The position numbers and the translations under genes are program-made. DNA of 64,000 nucleotides from an uncultured Spirochaetales bacterium (lineage in GTDB: Bacteria > Spirochaetota > Spirochaetia > DSM-27196 > DATKUC01): positions 27,667 to 91,666 of the forward strand of contig CAZKMA010000008.1 in assembly GCA_964553615.1 (NCBI GenBank), given 5' to 3'. Shown here one piece after another: positions 51,938 to 62,972 of this stretch (position 1 is its first letter; every line of letters begins with the position of its first letter). The notes under the pieces were generated by a model. It did no database searches. It was not told the DNA's origin and saw nothing but the letters and a program-made list of their open reading frames with translations.

Positions 51938-53704
51938 TCACATGACTTCGAGAAACGGAACCCCGATCAGTGCGAACGCGTTCCGAAATACCTGCATTAC
52001 CGATTTTGCAAGCGCAACACGAGCCTTTCGAACAGATTCGTCCTGATGGGTCACAATCGGATTGTCGTGATAGTAGCGGCTGAAAACCTTGGCCAGATCG
52101 TACAGATATGCGGTAACGACTGACGGATTGTATCCGGCACCGGCAACCGTTATGACCTCGGGATAGTCGGCGATCATCCGGATCATCTCCCACTCCTCCG
52201 GAACATCCATTACCTCCGCATCGATGGAACCAACCGGTACATCATTTTTCCCGGCATCCTTGCGAAGCATGCTGCAGATCCGCGCACCCATATACTGAAG
52301 GTACGGACCGGTGTTCCCGGTAAATGAAAGAGACTCCTTCGGGTTAAAAATCATATCCCGTAGGGGCGAAGATTGCAGCAGATAGTAGTTCAGCGCACCG
52401 AGAGCCACACTCGAAGCCGTTGCCTCCAGGTCCCCGACCGCTTCTTCCCGTTCTTTCTGCCGAATCTCCTCCTTCGCCATCTCGGCGAGTTGAGCCAGAA
52501 TATCATCTGCGTCGACAATGGTACCTTCGCGTGACTTCATTCTGCCCTCGGGCAGATTCACCATTCCGTACGCCAGGTGATACAGATTGGAAGCCCATTC
52601 GTATCCGAGGCGTGAAAGCACATGGAAGAGAACGATAAAGTGATACTTCTGCTCGGAAGCAACTACGTATATCAGACGATCAAAAGGCTGGTCGCGGTAT
52701 CTGGCAAGCGCCGTACCGATGTCCTGGGTAACGTAGAGCGAAGTTCCGTCGCCCCGCAGAAGTACCTTCTTCTCGAGCCCGATATCATCGAGGTCGATGG
52801 TCACAGCTCCGTCGTCTTCTCTGGTGAAGATACCCTCGTCAAGACCGCGCATTATCTCGTCGCGTCCGGAGAGGTAGGTCTCACTTTCATAGTAGATCTG
52901 ATCGAAGGAGACCCCGGTCTTCGTGTACGTATCCTGGATACCCTCGATGGCCCATCCGTTCATCCGGCGCCATAGTTCAATGGTGTCCGGATCGCCGGCC
53001 TCCCACTTCTTCAAGAGCTCCCGTGCCTCTTCCGCCGCCTTCGGATCCGACTTGGCGAGTTCGTGGAACTTTACGTAGTAGTCACCGACAAAGTGATCAG
53101 ACTTTATTCCCTCGCTCTCGGGAGTCTTCCCGTTGCCGAGTCGGCGATACGCAATCATGGACTGACAGATGTGTATGCCGCGGTCGTTGATCAAATTCAC
53201 CTTTCGGACATCCGCACCGTTCGCGGCAAGAATCCGCGACACACTCTCCCCGAGCGCGTCGTTTCTGAGGTGACCGAGATGAAGCGGCTTGTTCGTGTTC
53301 GGACAGGAAAACTCGACGGTTACGCGAACCTTGTTCATGCTGTCGGTCGTGCCGTACCGGTCTTTTTCACGCTCCACCGAAGAGAGAATCCGGCGTATAT
53401 AGGCGGTCCGATCGTACCGCACGTTCACGTAGGGACCCTCGGCAACCGCTTCGGCGACTCCATCGGGGAGCGGTGCCCCCGAAAGCGCCTCGGAAACTGC
53501 GGCGGCGATCTGTGCAGGCGATGTGCGCAGCTCTTTCGCAAACGGGAACATGGGAAAGGCAAGGTCACCGAGATCGATGCGGGGCGGCTTTTCAACTATT
53601 ACCTGATCGTCAGGAATCTCGACATCGACCCGTCCACGTTCATGGGCAACCCGCTGAAGCGCTTCGCGAATCCGCATCTTCATTTCATTTTTCATGTTGA
53701 TCAT
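51938..53704 (-). CDS. argS: Arginine-tRNA ligase
   Basis: 588 aa with the HIGH motif (NKPLHLGHLRN) and a DALR anticodon-binding C-terminus. Several candidate ATG starts lie between 53704 and 53677. Confidence 0.9.
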   Translation of the reverse strand: MINMKNEMKMRIREALQRVAHERGRVDVEIPDDQVIVEKPPRIDLGDLAFPMFPFAKELRTSPAQIAAAVSEALSGAPLPDGVAEAVAEGPYVNVRYDRTAYIRRILSSVEREKDRYGTTDSMNKVRVTVEFSCPNTNKPLHLGHLRNDALGESVSRILAANGADVRKVNLINDRGIHICQSMIAYRRLGNGKTPESEGIKSDHFVGDYYVKFHELAKSDPKAAEEARELLKKWEAGDPDTIELWRRMNGWAIEGIQDTYTKTGVSFDQIYYESETYLSGRDEIMRGLDEGIFTREDDGAVTIDLDDIGLEKKVLLRGDGTSLYVTQDIGTALARYRDQPFDRLIYVVASEQKYHFIVLFHVLSRLGYEWASNLYHLAYGMVNLPEGRMKSREGTIVDADDILAQLAEMAKEEIRQKEREEAVGDLEATASSVALGALNYYLLQSSPLRDMIFNPKESLSFTGNTGPYLQYMGARICSMLRKDAGKNDVPVGSIDAEVMDVPEEWEMIRMIADYPEVITVAGAGYNPSVVTAYLYDLAKVFSRYYHDNPIVTHQDESVRKARVALAKSVMQVFRNAFALIGVPFLEVM

Positions 53705-54488
53705 ACTCTTGCTCCATCCCGCCTACCGTTGCACGCACCGCGCCATCGGGTACCGTGAATTTTCCCGTCAATGCCATCATACCCGTGTAATCATCGCTCC
53801 CGTCCCGTCGATAGGACGAAAAAGCCTCATTGCACGAAGTACATACCTGTGCGTCTATGACGCGCGAAACTCCGATAGTTCGCAGGACATCCAGATTTGC
53901 CCGGGGCAGATCCAGATACCATCCTTCATCCCGTCGAACAACAGACTGCTCTCCCCATCGAGACGCAAAGAGTGACGCCCGATCCTGATCGACACGGTAG
54001 CAGCACGGGCCTATGCACGGGCCCATCATGACGGTCAACTCCCCGGGATCGGACTCGAAGTGGCGAATCATGAGTCGTATTGCGTCCGAAATAATCCCTG
54101 TCCCGCGCCAACCGGAATGCACAATACCGAAGCCGCCGCCGGCACGATCGTACAGGAAAATCGGCATGCAGTCCGCAACGGTCACCCCGAGCACCAGTTT
54201 CCGGTCGGTCGTGACCATCCCGTCACCGTCGAGGCCGTAGCTGTCGGCGTCGACCGCATGAACGATCCGTGAGTGCACCTGCTGCAGACTTATGAATCTG
54301 TCGCGGCTCACCCCCGCCCTGTTAAGATACTCTGCCCGCGCAGGGGTGAATGCGCGACCGGACGCACCCATTTCCCCCGCAGCCTTCAGTGTGACCACTG
54401 CGGGCACGGGAAACGGATACGAGACAGCGGTAGCACCGTCGAGAGATGGATAAGTGGCCCGGAGAACCTCGGTCATTGTCAGCAACAT
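53685..54488 (-). CDS. pgeF: YfiH/PgeF (DUF152) family protein
   Basis: 267 aa with the conserved motifs TADCMPI, HSGWRG and CTSC. Confidence 0.8.
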   Translation of the reverse strand: MLLTMTEVLRATYPSLDGATAVSYPFPVPAVVTLKAAGEMGASGRAFTPARAEYLNRAGVSRDRFISLQQVHSRIVHAVDADSYGLDGDGMVTTDRKLVLGVTVADCMPIFLYDRAGGGFGIVHSGWRGTGIISDAIRLMIRHFESDPGELTVMMGPCIGPCCYRVDQDRASLFASRWGEQSVVRRDEGWYLDLPRANLDVLRTIGVSRVIDAQVCTSCNEAFSSYRRDGSDDYTGMMALTGKFTVPDGAVRATVGGMEQEYDQHEK

Positions 54489-54535
54489 TACTGGAAAGGC
54501 GAAGCGTCGTCAACGACACCCAGGAAACGGGGGTT

Positions 54536-56266
54536 CTATCTGCGCAGCGACTCCAGATCATATAGAGCGCCAAGGACGCGCGCGGCTTCCTTGCACTTCC
54601 GCAGTGCCGCGTCCAGATTCTGGAGATACTCCTTGTTGTTTCGTCCACCGACATACCCCAGGTTGGAAAGCGTATCGTAGCGACCGCCGACCTCACCGTA
54701 AAGAATGCCGTTTACGACCTCCGTAATCCCGCGCAAGGCGCCGATTGCGCCGTCCAGCATACTTGAAACCTCTTCGTCCAGGGCACGGAGTATTTGATCC
54801 ACTATTGATGAAGAATGAACGACGCCCCGTTCCTCCCGGTACAGAACCGCTCCATAATCGCCGTCCGGCCGGAGTTTCTCCTCGAGCTTCCGGATTCGCG
54901 ACGCCATCTGGTCGAGCACGTTGTAGCTTTCAACGAACTCGTTCCGGTTCATTTCCTTGTAGAACTCACCATCAATCAATACCGTCTTGAGCGGCCGGAT
55001 CACGCGCACCGCGTAGACGGTAGAGAAGAAACCCTTCGATACAGCAAGGCTCGTTCCGAATCGAACGCCCTCTCCGGGAGTACCTTCCGGTGGATAGCCA
55101 CGAAGTGGCATTGCCGCCGCTCCGTCCAGCAGGATACCTGCGTCCCGCAGCAGATCGTCGCGCTTGCGCAGGAACACGAACTGTCGGAAACGCTCTTCCA
55201 TGTGATCCCGCCAGTATCGCCTGAGCACCGCGAACCAGTCTTCGCCGCCGCGCATGAGTTCCGGCCGGTAACTCAAATTCCCGGTCACGCACCGCATCAG
55301 ACTTCGTATTGGAACCGAACGGCCAAATGATCGAATTGATTGAAAGGCCTTCAGCGCCTGCTCCACGCGGGACTCTACCATTCTTTCGAATGCAGCGGCC
55401 CGCTCCGGGCTGCCGTCTTCGCGCGTCTGGTTCTCTCCCGTCATTCCGTCTCGAGTGGCAAAAAGCACCATAGCCTTGACCAGCCCCGGGTTCGGCGGTT
55501 CGGTCATTGACAGCAAGATGGAACTCAGCCGCGATAGATTTTCCCTTGCGTTAACGAACAACGCCCCGGTGGCGCGCGTTGCCGGCTGCAGAACAAAACT
55601 CCCAAGAAGTTCACTGAAACGGAAGCCGACAAGTTGCTGGAGCATGTAAACGAGCTGTGCATCCTGATACATCCGCTGGCGCCCTTCGGCCGGCAGAGTC
55701 GAGAGCAGGTCGTCCAGATCGTGCTCGAGTCTTCGCCTTATTTCAATGTCCGTCAGATCGGAATGCGCTTCTGCGACGCGATACGGATCGGTGCGCGACT
55801 CCACAAGTTCCTGGAAATCGCCCATCTCCATCCCGGTGAGGAACACGAGAAACTCAGGCTTGTCGGCTCCGGAACATGCCCGAAGAACCGGAGCAATTGA
55901 TTCGGAGGCCTCACGAAGTCGTTGCAGCTGATCGAAGAGCGGACCACCGAGAATCCCGTTGTGAACATCGACCATGTCCGGATTCGCATTGTTCACGGTG
56001 CGCGCAACCCCAATGAGTGCGTGCTGCTCGAGAATGATAATCCGGTCCTGGCCGGAAAAGAGTGCCTGCAGAAAAATCAGAAACTTCTGCCAGATGTTCA
56101 GTGATTGATAATGCGCGTCCAGATCCACCTGATCGCTGTCCAGGTCGGAAGAAAGCGGCTCGTCGCCCGCCGCCTCGAGCATGTCACTCATGCGCTCGAG
56201 CATCTCCTGACGCTCACGCGTGGACAATCGAGACGCGAGGGATTCAAAAACGCTTCTTCTCTCCAT
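54536..56266 (-). CDS. Large conserved-looking hypothetical protein (576 aa, predicted mostly helical)
   Basis: Long intact ORF with coding-like composition. I recognise no motif. Confidence 0.5.
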   Translation of the reverse strand: MERRSVFESLASRLSTRERQEMLERMSDMLEAAGDEPLSSDLDSDQVDLDAHYQSLNIWQKFLIFLQALFSGQDRIIILEQHALIGVARTVNNANPDMVDVHNGILGGPLFDQLQRLREASESIAPVLRACSGADKPEFLVFLTGMEMGDFQELVESRTDPYRVAEAHSDLTDIEIRRRLEHDLDDLLSTLPAEGRQRMYQDAQLVYMLQQLVGFRFSELLGSFVLQPATRATGALFVNARENLSRLSSILLSMTEPPNPGLVKAMVLFATRDGMTGENQTREDGSPERAAAFERMVESRVEQALKAFQSIRSFGRSVPIRSLMRCVTGNLSYRPELMRGGEDWFAVLRRYWRDHMEERFRQFVFLRKRDDLLRDAGILLDGAAAMPLRGYPPEGTPGEGVRFGTSLAVSKGFFSTVYAVRVIRPLKTVLIDGEFYKEMNRNEFVESYNVLDQMASRIRKLEEKLRPDGDYGAVLYREERGVVHSSSIVDQILRALDEEVSSMLDGAIGALRGITEVVNGILYGEVGGRYDTLSNLGYVGGRNNKEYLQNLDAALRKCKEAARVLGALYDLESLRR

Positions 56267-56368
56267 TTCACTCCATTCTAGACTAATATTCGGTCACTTG
56301 CAACGGGATCTGTTCCCCGGGAGAACCGGCCCCAGGGCCGCGGTGAAAGGAATCTCTCCGGCCGAGAC

Positions 56369-56397
56369 TTGACAAACCGTACAGAAACAACAAAATT
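56369..56397 (+). promoter_or_regulatory. Candidate promoter of the cimA leader
   Basis: TTGACA (56369-56374), a 17-nt spacer, then AAAATT (56392-56397). The -10 is weak. It would place the TSS at or next to the leader-peptide ATG. Confidence 0.3.
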
Positions 56398-56403
56398 ATA
56401 GCC

Positions 56404-56484
56404 ATGGCGGGATTTTGTTCTCAACGACCTACAATTGCAGCAGCCTCTATCCTGATTAGCATTATTATTGTTCACGATGCTTAG
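56404..56484 (+). CDS. Ile-rich leader peptide (26 aa: MAGFCSQRPTIAAASILISIIIVHDA)
   Basis: Six Ile codons, five of them within the seven-codon window ILISIII. The ORF ends about 20 nt before a strong terminator and sits upstream of citramalate synthase. Confidence 0.55.
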   Translation: MAGFCSQRPTIAAASILISIIIVHDA

Positions 56485-56504
56485 CAGGAAGTGCTGCAAT
56501 ATGC

Positions 56505-56539
56505 GAGCCGTCCTTCCTGCGAGGGACGGCTCTTTTTTT
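56505..56539 (+). terminator. Attenuator terminator in the cimA 5' leader
   Basis: GAGCCGTCCTTC-ctgc-GAGGGACGGCTC (12 bp with one G-U pair) followed by T7, ending 61 nt before the cimA ATG. Confidence 0.75.
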
Positions 56540-56600
56540 GGCCCTGACATCCGGACACATCAGTGTGTCCTGGGAAAACAACCGAAGGACAGGAGGATCC

Positions 56601-58184
56601 ATGAGTAAGATCACCATCTATGACACAACGCTGCGGGATGGAATGCAGGGGCTGGAAATCAGTTACACCCTTGACGACAAGATAAAGATTGCTCATAAGC
56701 TGGATGAGATGCACATCGATTACATTGAAGGTGGATTCCCTCTTTCGAACGAGAAAGAGGCCGCGTTCTTCGAGCGAGCCCGGAATGAGAAGTTCGAGCA
56801 TGCCCGCGTTGTTGCGTTCGGTTCGACTCGCAGAGCCGGACTAAAAGCCGAGCACGACGCCCACATTCAGGCATTGCTCGATGCACAGACGCCTACGGTA
56901 ATTGTCGTCGGTAAGACCTGGAAGGCACATGTGGAGAAGGTACTCCGCACCGATATCGAAGAAAACCTCGCAATGATCTACGACTCTCTCTCTTACCTCA
57001 AGAGTGAGGGACGCGAAGTCTTCTTCGATCTGGAACACTTCTTCGACGGCTACAAGGACGATCCGCAATACGCCCTTCGCGTTCTGGAGGCAGGCACCCA
57101 GGCGGGAGCCGACTGTCTCATTCTCTGTGACACAAACGGAGGCACCCTTCCGCACGAGGTAATGGAAATCATTGGCGCACTTCCCAGGGAGAAGATTGGC
57201 CCGCTTGGCGGCCATTTTCACAACGACTGCGGCACGGCTACTGCGAACTCGCTTGCTGCCATCCAACAAGGTGCCGTGCACGTCCAGGGAACCATCAACG
57301 GATGGGGGGAGCGCTGCGGCAATGCCAATCTGTGCACGCTGATTCCGAACATAGCGGCCAAACTCGGGCTTCAGACGTCAACGTCCGATCATCTCACGAA
57401 ACTCACTGCACTCTCACGCTACGTGGCGGAAAAGGCCAACATCATCCCGGACAAGCGGCAGCCGTTTGTCGGAACCGCCGCGTTCAGTCACAAAGCGGGT
57501 CAACACGCCGACGTCATTGCAAAAGCCGATTGGCTGATGGAGCACATCGATGCCCGTGTCATCGGAAACGAGCGGCACATCCTGCTTTCAGAGCTCGCCG
57601 GAAAATCCACTATTGTCGACAAGATTTCGAAGTACGGCAATTACGACAAGAACTCGGAGGTTGTCGGCGCCCTTACGCAGGAGCTCAAACGGCGGGAAGG
57701 CGAAGGATATGAGTATGAAGCTGCCGAAGGATCGTTCGACATTCTCATGCGCAAGGCATTGGGAATCTACCAGCCGCTCGTTGAGCTGAAGAACTATCAC
57801 CTTGAAACATTCAAAACCATGGAAACACCATCAAAGACTGTAGGACGTGTCTTCATGGTTTCCGAAGGAAAGGAAATCATGGGGGCAGCGGTCGGAGTCG
57901 GCCCGGTAGAAACGGTGGACAACGCGCTCCGCGACGCTCTGGCTCCGCATCACGAGTTCCTCTCCCAGATAGGCCTGACGGACTACCGGGTACGCGTCCT
58001 GAATCCGGAGAGTCATGCAGCCGCAAAGGTCAGAGTGTTCATAACAACGACGGACGGAGACCACTCATGGGACACCGTCGGAGTGAACGAGAATATTGTT
58101 GAAGCGTCGTGGGAGGCGCTTGTTGACAGTCTTGATTATTACTACAACAACTTTGTGGTTAAACCGGAGAACAACAAAAAATAG
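56601..58184 (+). CDS. cimA: (R)-citramalate synthase CimA (LeuA/HMGL family with LeuA_dimer C-domain)
   Basis: 527 aa: ITIYDTTLRDGMQG, HFHNDCGTATAN and a C-terminal regulatory domain. The ATG at 56601 lies 4 nt after an AGGAGG RBS. I cannot exclude LeuA from sequence alone. Confidence 0.75.
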   Translation: MSKITIYDTTLRDGMQGLEISYTLDDKIKIAHKLDEMHIDYIEGGFPLSNEKEAAFFERARNEKFEHARVVAFGSTRRAGLKAEHDAHIQALLDAQTPTVIVVGKTWKAHVEKVLRTDIEENLAMIYDSLSYLKSEGREVFFDLEHFFDGYKDDPQYALRVLEAGTQAGADCLILCDTNGGTLPHEVMEIIGALPREKIGPLGGHFHNDCGTATANSLAAIQQGAVHVQGTINGWGERCGNANLCTLIPNIAAKLGLQTSTSDHLTKLTALSRYVAEKANIIPDKRQPFVGTAAFSHKAGQHADVIAKADWLMEHIDARVIGNERHILLSELAGKSTIVDKISKYGNYDKNSEVVGALTQELKRREGEGYEYEAAEGSFDILMRKALGIYQPLVELKNYHLETFKTMETPSKTVGRVFMVSEGKEIMGAAVGVGPVETVDNALRDALAPHHEFLSQIGLTDYRVRVLNPESHAAAKVRVFITTTDGDHSWDTVGVNENIVEASWEALVDSLDYYYNNFVVKPENNKK

Positions 58185-58214
58185 CTCTTCAAGGCGGTGT
58201 TAATCCGGCGGTGC

Positions 58215-61200
58215 TTATTGCACCGTCCGGGGGCCGTTCTTGCCGTCCGCCCCTGTTATGTGCCCATCAGGTGCGCCTGCCAGCATGTGACTTGCTATGA
58301 GACTTCCGGCCGGTTCATCGGGCAATGCGTGGACCTTGACCGATTCAGTCCGCAGATACCGAATACCTTCTACCGCTGCACGAGCTGCCGACGTGGTTGT
58401 CGTGTACGGAATCCTGCGCCGGACCGCGTTAATGCGAATGTAGTCGTCATCCCGCTGGGTGTAACGGCCAAGTGGCGTGTTGATGATCAGTTGAATTCGA
58501 CCCGCATTCATGTGGTCGATAATGTGCGGACTCCCCTCGTGCACCTTCAGGATGACTTCGGCAAAAACACCGCTGTTGAAGAGAAACTCGGCAGTTCCTC
58601 GTGTTGCGGCTATCTGGAATCCGAGCGATTCGAGCTCTTTCACGAGCGGGAGAATCGTCGGCTTATCCTGATCATGCACGGTAACGAAAACTCGCCCTCG
58701 CGAGGGCAGACCTGCCGAGGTTGCAAGCTGCGCCTTCGCATACGCCTCGCCGAATGTCTCACCGATTCCGATTGCTTCGCCGGTACTTCGCATTTCGGGT
58801 CCAAGCAGCGGGTCGACGTCGGCAAATCGATCAAACGAAAACATGGCCTCTTTCACCGCCCATCCGACAACGCACTTTCCCATTCCGACATCGGCGACTC
58901 CGGTCTGGACATCGTTGATCATGCCCTGGTCTTTCAGGTTCTCCCCCTGCCAGACACGGACACATGCCTCTATGAGATTTACGCCGGACGCCTTTGAGAT
59001 GAAAGGAACAGTCCTGCTTGCGCGCGGATTCACTTCGAGGATGTAGAGTACTCCGTCCTTGGAGGCGAACTGGATATTCAGGAGTCCGACCACCTGGATT
59101 TCGCGCGCTATCCGGGCGGTGGCCTCCACCATCTGTTCAACCATATGGGGCTCGGACTTATACGGCGGAAAAACACAGGCGGAATCTCCCGAGTGGATAC
59201 CGGCTGCCTCGATGTGCTGCATGACTCCGGCAACATAGACGTGTTTTCCGTCGCTCAATGCGTCCACATCATATTCAAACGCGTCTTCCAGGAATTGATC
59301 GACCAACACGGGCTTCCGATCGGAAATCTCGATGCCGGTTGCCACGTACGCGCGAAGCTCCTCTCTGCCGTACGCAATCATCATGCTGCGACCACCGAGA
59401 ACGTACGAGGGGCGGAGCAATACCGGATAGCCTATTCGCTCGGCGAGCTCTTCAACCTCGCCGATACTTCCGGCGCTCGCGTTCACCGGTTGCTTCACTC
59501 CGATCCGCTCCATGACTGAAGAAAACAACTTCCTGTCTTCGGCGTCCATGATGCTCTTCACGGACGTACCGACAACCTCTGCTCCTGAGGCTTCGAGCTC
59601 TTCGGCCATATTCAGCGGAGTCTGTCCTCCGAGCTGCACTACGACCTTCTTCACCCTTTCCTTCCGGATAATCTCCCTTACGTCTTCGACCGTCAACGGC
59701 TCCAGATAGAGCCGATCGGAAACGTTGAAATCCGTTGAAACCGTTTCGGGGTTCGAATTCACGATAATTGTCTTCACGCCCAGCTTCCGGAAGGCAAGTG
59801 ATGAAAGTGTACAACATGTGTCGAACTCGAGCCCCTGGCCAATGCGGTTCGGACCACTTGCAAGAATAATGACCGCGTCTCCGCTCGATGGCTCACCCTC
59901 ATCGCTCTCGCCGTATGTCGAATAGAAATATGGTGTCTGCGCCTCGAATTCGCCGGAACAGGTGTCGACGAAATGATAAACCGCATGGATTCCGGCGTCC
60001 TCTCGAATCTTGCGAACCTCAGGTTCCGGAACTTTTGCGAGCCCGGCAATCCGCCGATCCGACAGCCCCATCCGTTTCGCCTCACGGACAAGATCCGGGT
60101 TGAGTCCTTCCTCCGCAATTCTGTTTTCAAGGGTGATCTGTTCGAGCATGTTATACAGGAACCAGCGGTTGTACCCGGTATTCTTTTCAATTTCCGCAAT
60201 TGCGACCGCGCCACGGCGCTTTATTTCGGTATAGATTGCAAATATGCGTCGAGGATGGAGTGTGAGGATCATCTTCCGAATCTCCTCATCACCCACCGCC
60301 GGCAGATCTTCGAGGCCGGAGAAACCGAACTCACACGCACGGATTGCCTTGTTCATGGCCTCCATGAAAGTACGTCCGATGGCAAGACTCTCCCCAACGC
60401 TCTTCATCTGGGTACCGAGTTCTGCATGACCTTTCGGGAACTTCTCTATTTCGAAACGCGGCACCTTGACCGCTACGTAATCCAGCGATGGTTCGAAGCA
60501 CGATACGGTCTTTCCTGTAATGTCGTTTACCACTTCGTCGAGGGAAAAGCCAACAGCAAGGCGGGCTGCGCAGCGTGCAATGGGAAATCCCGTGGCTTTG
60601 CTTGCAAGTGCGGAGGATCGGGAAACACGCGGGTTCATTTCTATGACCAGCATGCGACCATCCTGCGGATTCACGGCAAATTGGACATTGGAACCGCCGC
60701 AGTCAACTCCAACAGCACGCAAAATTTCAATGGCAGCGGTTCGCATGGTCTGATATTCCCGATCCGAAAGCGTCTGGATCGGTGCAACGGTTATGCTGTC
60801 TCCGGTATGGACCCCCATGGGGTCGATATTTTCTATAGAACAGATGACGACGGCATTATCCGACTGGTCACGCATGACCTCGAGCTCGAACTCTTTCCAG
60901 CCGACAATCGATTCCTCGACTAACGCCTCGTGAACCGGACTCTCGGAAAATGCGCGTTCAAGGAGCGGATCAAGTGTTTCCCAGGTAGACGCAATGCTGC
61001 CTCCGCGCCCACCAAGTGTATAGCTCGGGCGGATAATGATCGGAAGGCCATTCTCCTGTGCGAACTCCTTCGCCTCCCGCATGCTCTTCGTAAGAATAGA
61101 CTTTGGACTCTCCAGCCCGATGGAGGCAACGACTTTCTTGAATTCGCCACGGTCCTCGGCCTTTCGGATTGCGTCTACCTTTGCACCGATGAGCTCAACG

Positions 61201-61535
61201 CCGTAGCGGTCGAGTACGCCCTCGGCATGAAGGTCCATTGCCAGATTCAGTGCCGTCTGTCCACCCATTGTGGGAAGAATCGCATCCGGCCTCTCAATCT
61301 TTATAATCTCTTCGAGGTACCGAACCTCGAGCGGATCCATATAGATCTTGTCCGCTATGCCCGGAGTTGTCATGACGGTTGCCGGGTTCGGGTTTACAAG
61401 AACTACCCGGTATCCCTCTTCCCGCAGCGCCTTTACCGCCTGGTTGCCGGAGTAGTCGAACTCGCAGGCCTGGCCGATAACAATGGGACCAGAACCAATG
61501 ATAAGGATGGTATGTATGTCCGTGCGAGCGGGCAT
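58215..61535 (-). CDS. carB: Carbamoyl-phosphate synthase large subunit
   Basis: About 1106 aa: [21 protein letters not shown], two ATP-grasp halves and an MGS-like C-domain. The ATG at 61535 lies 8 nt after the carA stop. Confidence 0.95.
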   Translation of the reverse strand: MPARTDIHTILIIGSGPIVIGQACEFDYSGNQAVKALREEGYRVVLVNPNPATVMTTPGIADKIYMDPLEVRYLEEIIKIERPDAILPTMGGQTALNLAMDLHAEGVLDRYGVELIGAKVDAIRKAEDRGEFKKVVASIGLESPKSILTKSMREAKEFAQENGLPIIIRPSYTLGGRGGSIASTWETLDPLLERAFSESPVHEALVEESIVGWKEFELEVMRDQSDNAVVICSIENIDPMGVHTGDSITVAPIQTLSDREYQTMRTAAIEILRAVGVDCGGSNVQFAVNPQDGRMLVIEMNPRVSRSSALASKATGFPIARCAARLAVGFSLDEVVNDITGKTVSCFEPSLDYVAVKVPRFEIEKFPKGHAELGTQMKSVGESLAIGRTFMEAMNKAIRACEFGFSGLEDLPAVGDEEIRKMILTLHPRRIFAIYTEIKRRGAVAIAEIEKNTGYNRWFLYNMLEQITLENRIAEEGLNPDLVREAKRMGLSDRRIAGLAKVPEPEVRKIREDAGIHAVYHFVDTCSGEFEAQTPYFYSTYGESDEGEPSSGDAVIILASGPNRIGQGLEFDTCCTLSSLAFRKLGVKTIIVNSNPETVSTDFNVSDRLYLEPLTVEDVREIIRKERVKKVVVQLGGQTPLNMAEELEASGAEVVGTSVKSIMDAEDRKLFSSVMERIGVKQPVNASAGSIGEVEELAERIGYPVLLRPSYVLGGRSMMIAYGREELRAYVATGIEISDRKPVLVDQFLEDAFEYDVDALSDGKHVYVAGVMQHIEAAGIHSGDSACVFPPYKSEPHMVEQMVEATARIAREIQVVGLLNIQFASKDGVLYILEVNPRASRTVPFISKASGVNLIEACVRVWQGENLKDQGMINDVQTGVADVGMGKCVVGWAVKEAMFSFDRFADVDPLLGPEMRSTGEAIGIGETFGEAYAKAQLATSAGLPSRGRVFVTVHDQDKPTILPLVKELESLGFQIAATRGTAEFLFNSGVFAEVILKVHEGSPHIIDHMNAGRIQLIINTPLGRYTQRDDDYIRINAVRRRIPYTTTTSAARAAVEGIRYLRTESVKVHALPDEPAGSLIASHMLAGAPDGHITGADGKNGPRTVQ

Positions 61536-61543
61536 GCGGCCTC

Positions 61544-62716
61544 CTAAATGTGATTCAGAAACTCGCGGAAAATCCACGAGGAGTCATGCGGACCGGGGGC
61601 TGATTCCGGATGAAATTGCGTACACATCATGGGCAGAGATTCATCCACCAGCCCCTCTATGCTTCCATCATTCGCGTTGCGAAACCAGACGTCGGTCCCG
61701 GAAGGCAGAGTCTTCTCATCCACGGCAAATCCGTGGTTCTGACTGGTCACAAAGACCTTGCGTGTACGCTCGTCCCGGACCGGATGATTCACGCCATGGT
61801 GGCCGAACTTCATCTTGTAGGTCGAGGCCCCGAGCGCGAGTGCTATGAGCTGATGTCCGAGGCAGATCCCGAAGGTGGGCATTTTCCCTATGAGCTCGCC
61901 GATAGTGCGAATTTGATAGCTCAGGACCGACGGATCTCCCGGCCCGTTCGAAACAAGAAGCGCTTGAGGCTTCGCCGAGCGAATGGCCTCTGCGTCGGCA
62001 CTACTCGGAAATACGGTAACCTTACACCCGACGGCGACCAGTTCGTTCAGAATATTCGCCTTCGCCCCGCAATCGAGCAGCGCAACGTGAACAACCCCGT
62101 CAGGATTGACAACCTCAATGCCGCCCGTCCCAACGTCGTGAATGAGGTTTCGGCCAACCATTCCGGGGAAACTCCCAAGGAATTCCACAGTCCTCGCTCG
62201 TTCCGCTTCCGAAAGCTCGCGATGAGCCGGATCATCCGGGCGCACGAGGATGCCGACGAGACTCCCATTTGTTCGCAGCCGAATCGTGAGATCCCTCGTG
62301 TCAATTTCCGCAACAGCAGGGGTATTGTTTGCCAGGAGAAACTCGTCCAGAGTGCCACGGCCATCCGGAACGGGGCCGGAGTAGACACTTCGGACAATCA
62401 GGCCCGCAGGCTTGATTCCGGCGCGCGCCGTTCCACCTTCAGGCCCGGTTTCGCTCCACTCCGGCAGGTCGCCATAGTTGCCCATGTGGGGGTAGGTCAT
62501 GGTAACCAGCTGGCCGGTATATGACGGATCGGTGAGGACCTCGTGGTAACCGGACATCGCCGTGTTGAAGACTACCTCTCCGGCGGCCTTTTCAGGTACA
62601 ACCGAATCCGCATTTAGAGACTCCAGGGACTCAACTCGCGGCGCGTCGGCTCCGAAACCGTTGCCGGCATACACTGTTCCGTCCTCGAGTACGAGAAACG
62701 TCGGGTCTTTTGTCAT
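61544..62716 (-). CDS. carA: Carbamoyl-phosphate synthase small (glutaminase) subunit
   Basis: GATase triad context ([11 protein letters not shown]). I prefer the ATG at 62716 (GAAGGGA RBS) because the ATG at 62743 is only 8 nt from the upstream terminator T tract. Confidence 0.9.
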   Translation of the reverse strand: MTKDPTFLVLEDGTVYAGNGFGADAPRVESLESLNADSVVPEKAAGEVVFNTAMSGYHEVLTDPSYTGQLVTMTYPHMGNYGDLPEWSETGPEGGTARAGIKPAGLIVRSVYSGPVPDGRGTLDEFLLANNTPAVAEIDTRDLTIRLRTNGSLVGILVRPDDPAHRELSEAERARTVEFLGSFPGMVGRNLIHDVGTGGIEVVNPDGVVHVALLDCGAKANILNELVAVGCKVTVFPSSADAEAIRSAKPQALLVSNGPGDPSVLSYQIRTIGELIGKMPTFGICLGHQLIALALGASTYKMKFGHHGVNHPVRDERTRKVFVTSQNHGFAVDEKTLPSGTDVWFRNANDGSIEGLVDESLPMMCTQFHPESAPGPHDSSWIFREFLNHI

Positions 62717-62751
62717 TGGTTTCCCTTCACTCTCATCACTCACGGGAGACT

Positions 62752-62779
62752 AAAAAAAAACCGGCTCATCCAAGCCGGT
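62752..62779 (-). terminator. Rho-independent terminator after tRNA-Glu
   Basis: On the minus strand: ACCGGCTTGG-a-TGAGCCGGT, an imperfect stem, followed by T9. Confidence 0.7.
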
Positions 62780-62798
62780 CTACCGGTTCTCCGGTTGT

Positions 62799-62870
62799 TA
62801 GCCCCTAGGGGAATCGAACCCCTCTTTGAAGAATGAGAATCTCCTGTCCTAACCGATAGACGAAGGGGCC
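62799..62870 (-). tRNA. tRNA-Glu (CTC)
   Basis: 72 nt. The acceptor is GGCCCCT/AGGGGCT, the sequence CCCCTTCGTCTA...AGGAC is typical of tRNA-Glu, the anticodon loop is TTCTCAT and the T-loop is GGTTCGATTCC. Confidence 0.8.
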
Positions 62871-62878
62871 ATCATTTA

Positions 62879-62949
62879 CTTCCCGGGGAGGACTTGAACC
62901 CCCACAGCAAGATCCAGAGTCTTGAGTGCTACCATTACACAACCGGGAA
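62879..62949 (-). tRNA. tRNA-Gln (CTG)
   Basis: 71 nt. The acceptor is TTCCCGG/CCGGGAA (U1-A72), the anticodon stem is CAAGA/TCTTG with loop CTCTGGA, and the T-loop is GGTTCAAGTCC. Confidence 0.8.
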
Positions 62950-62972
62950 ATGCTATTCAATGTGTCGGGCAA

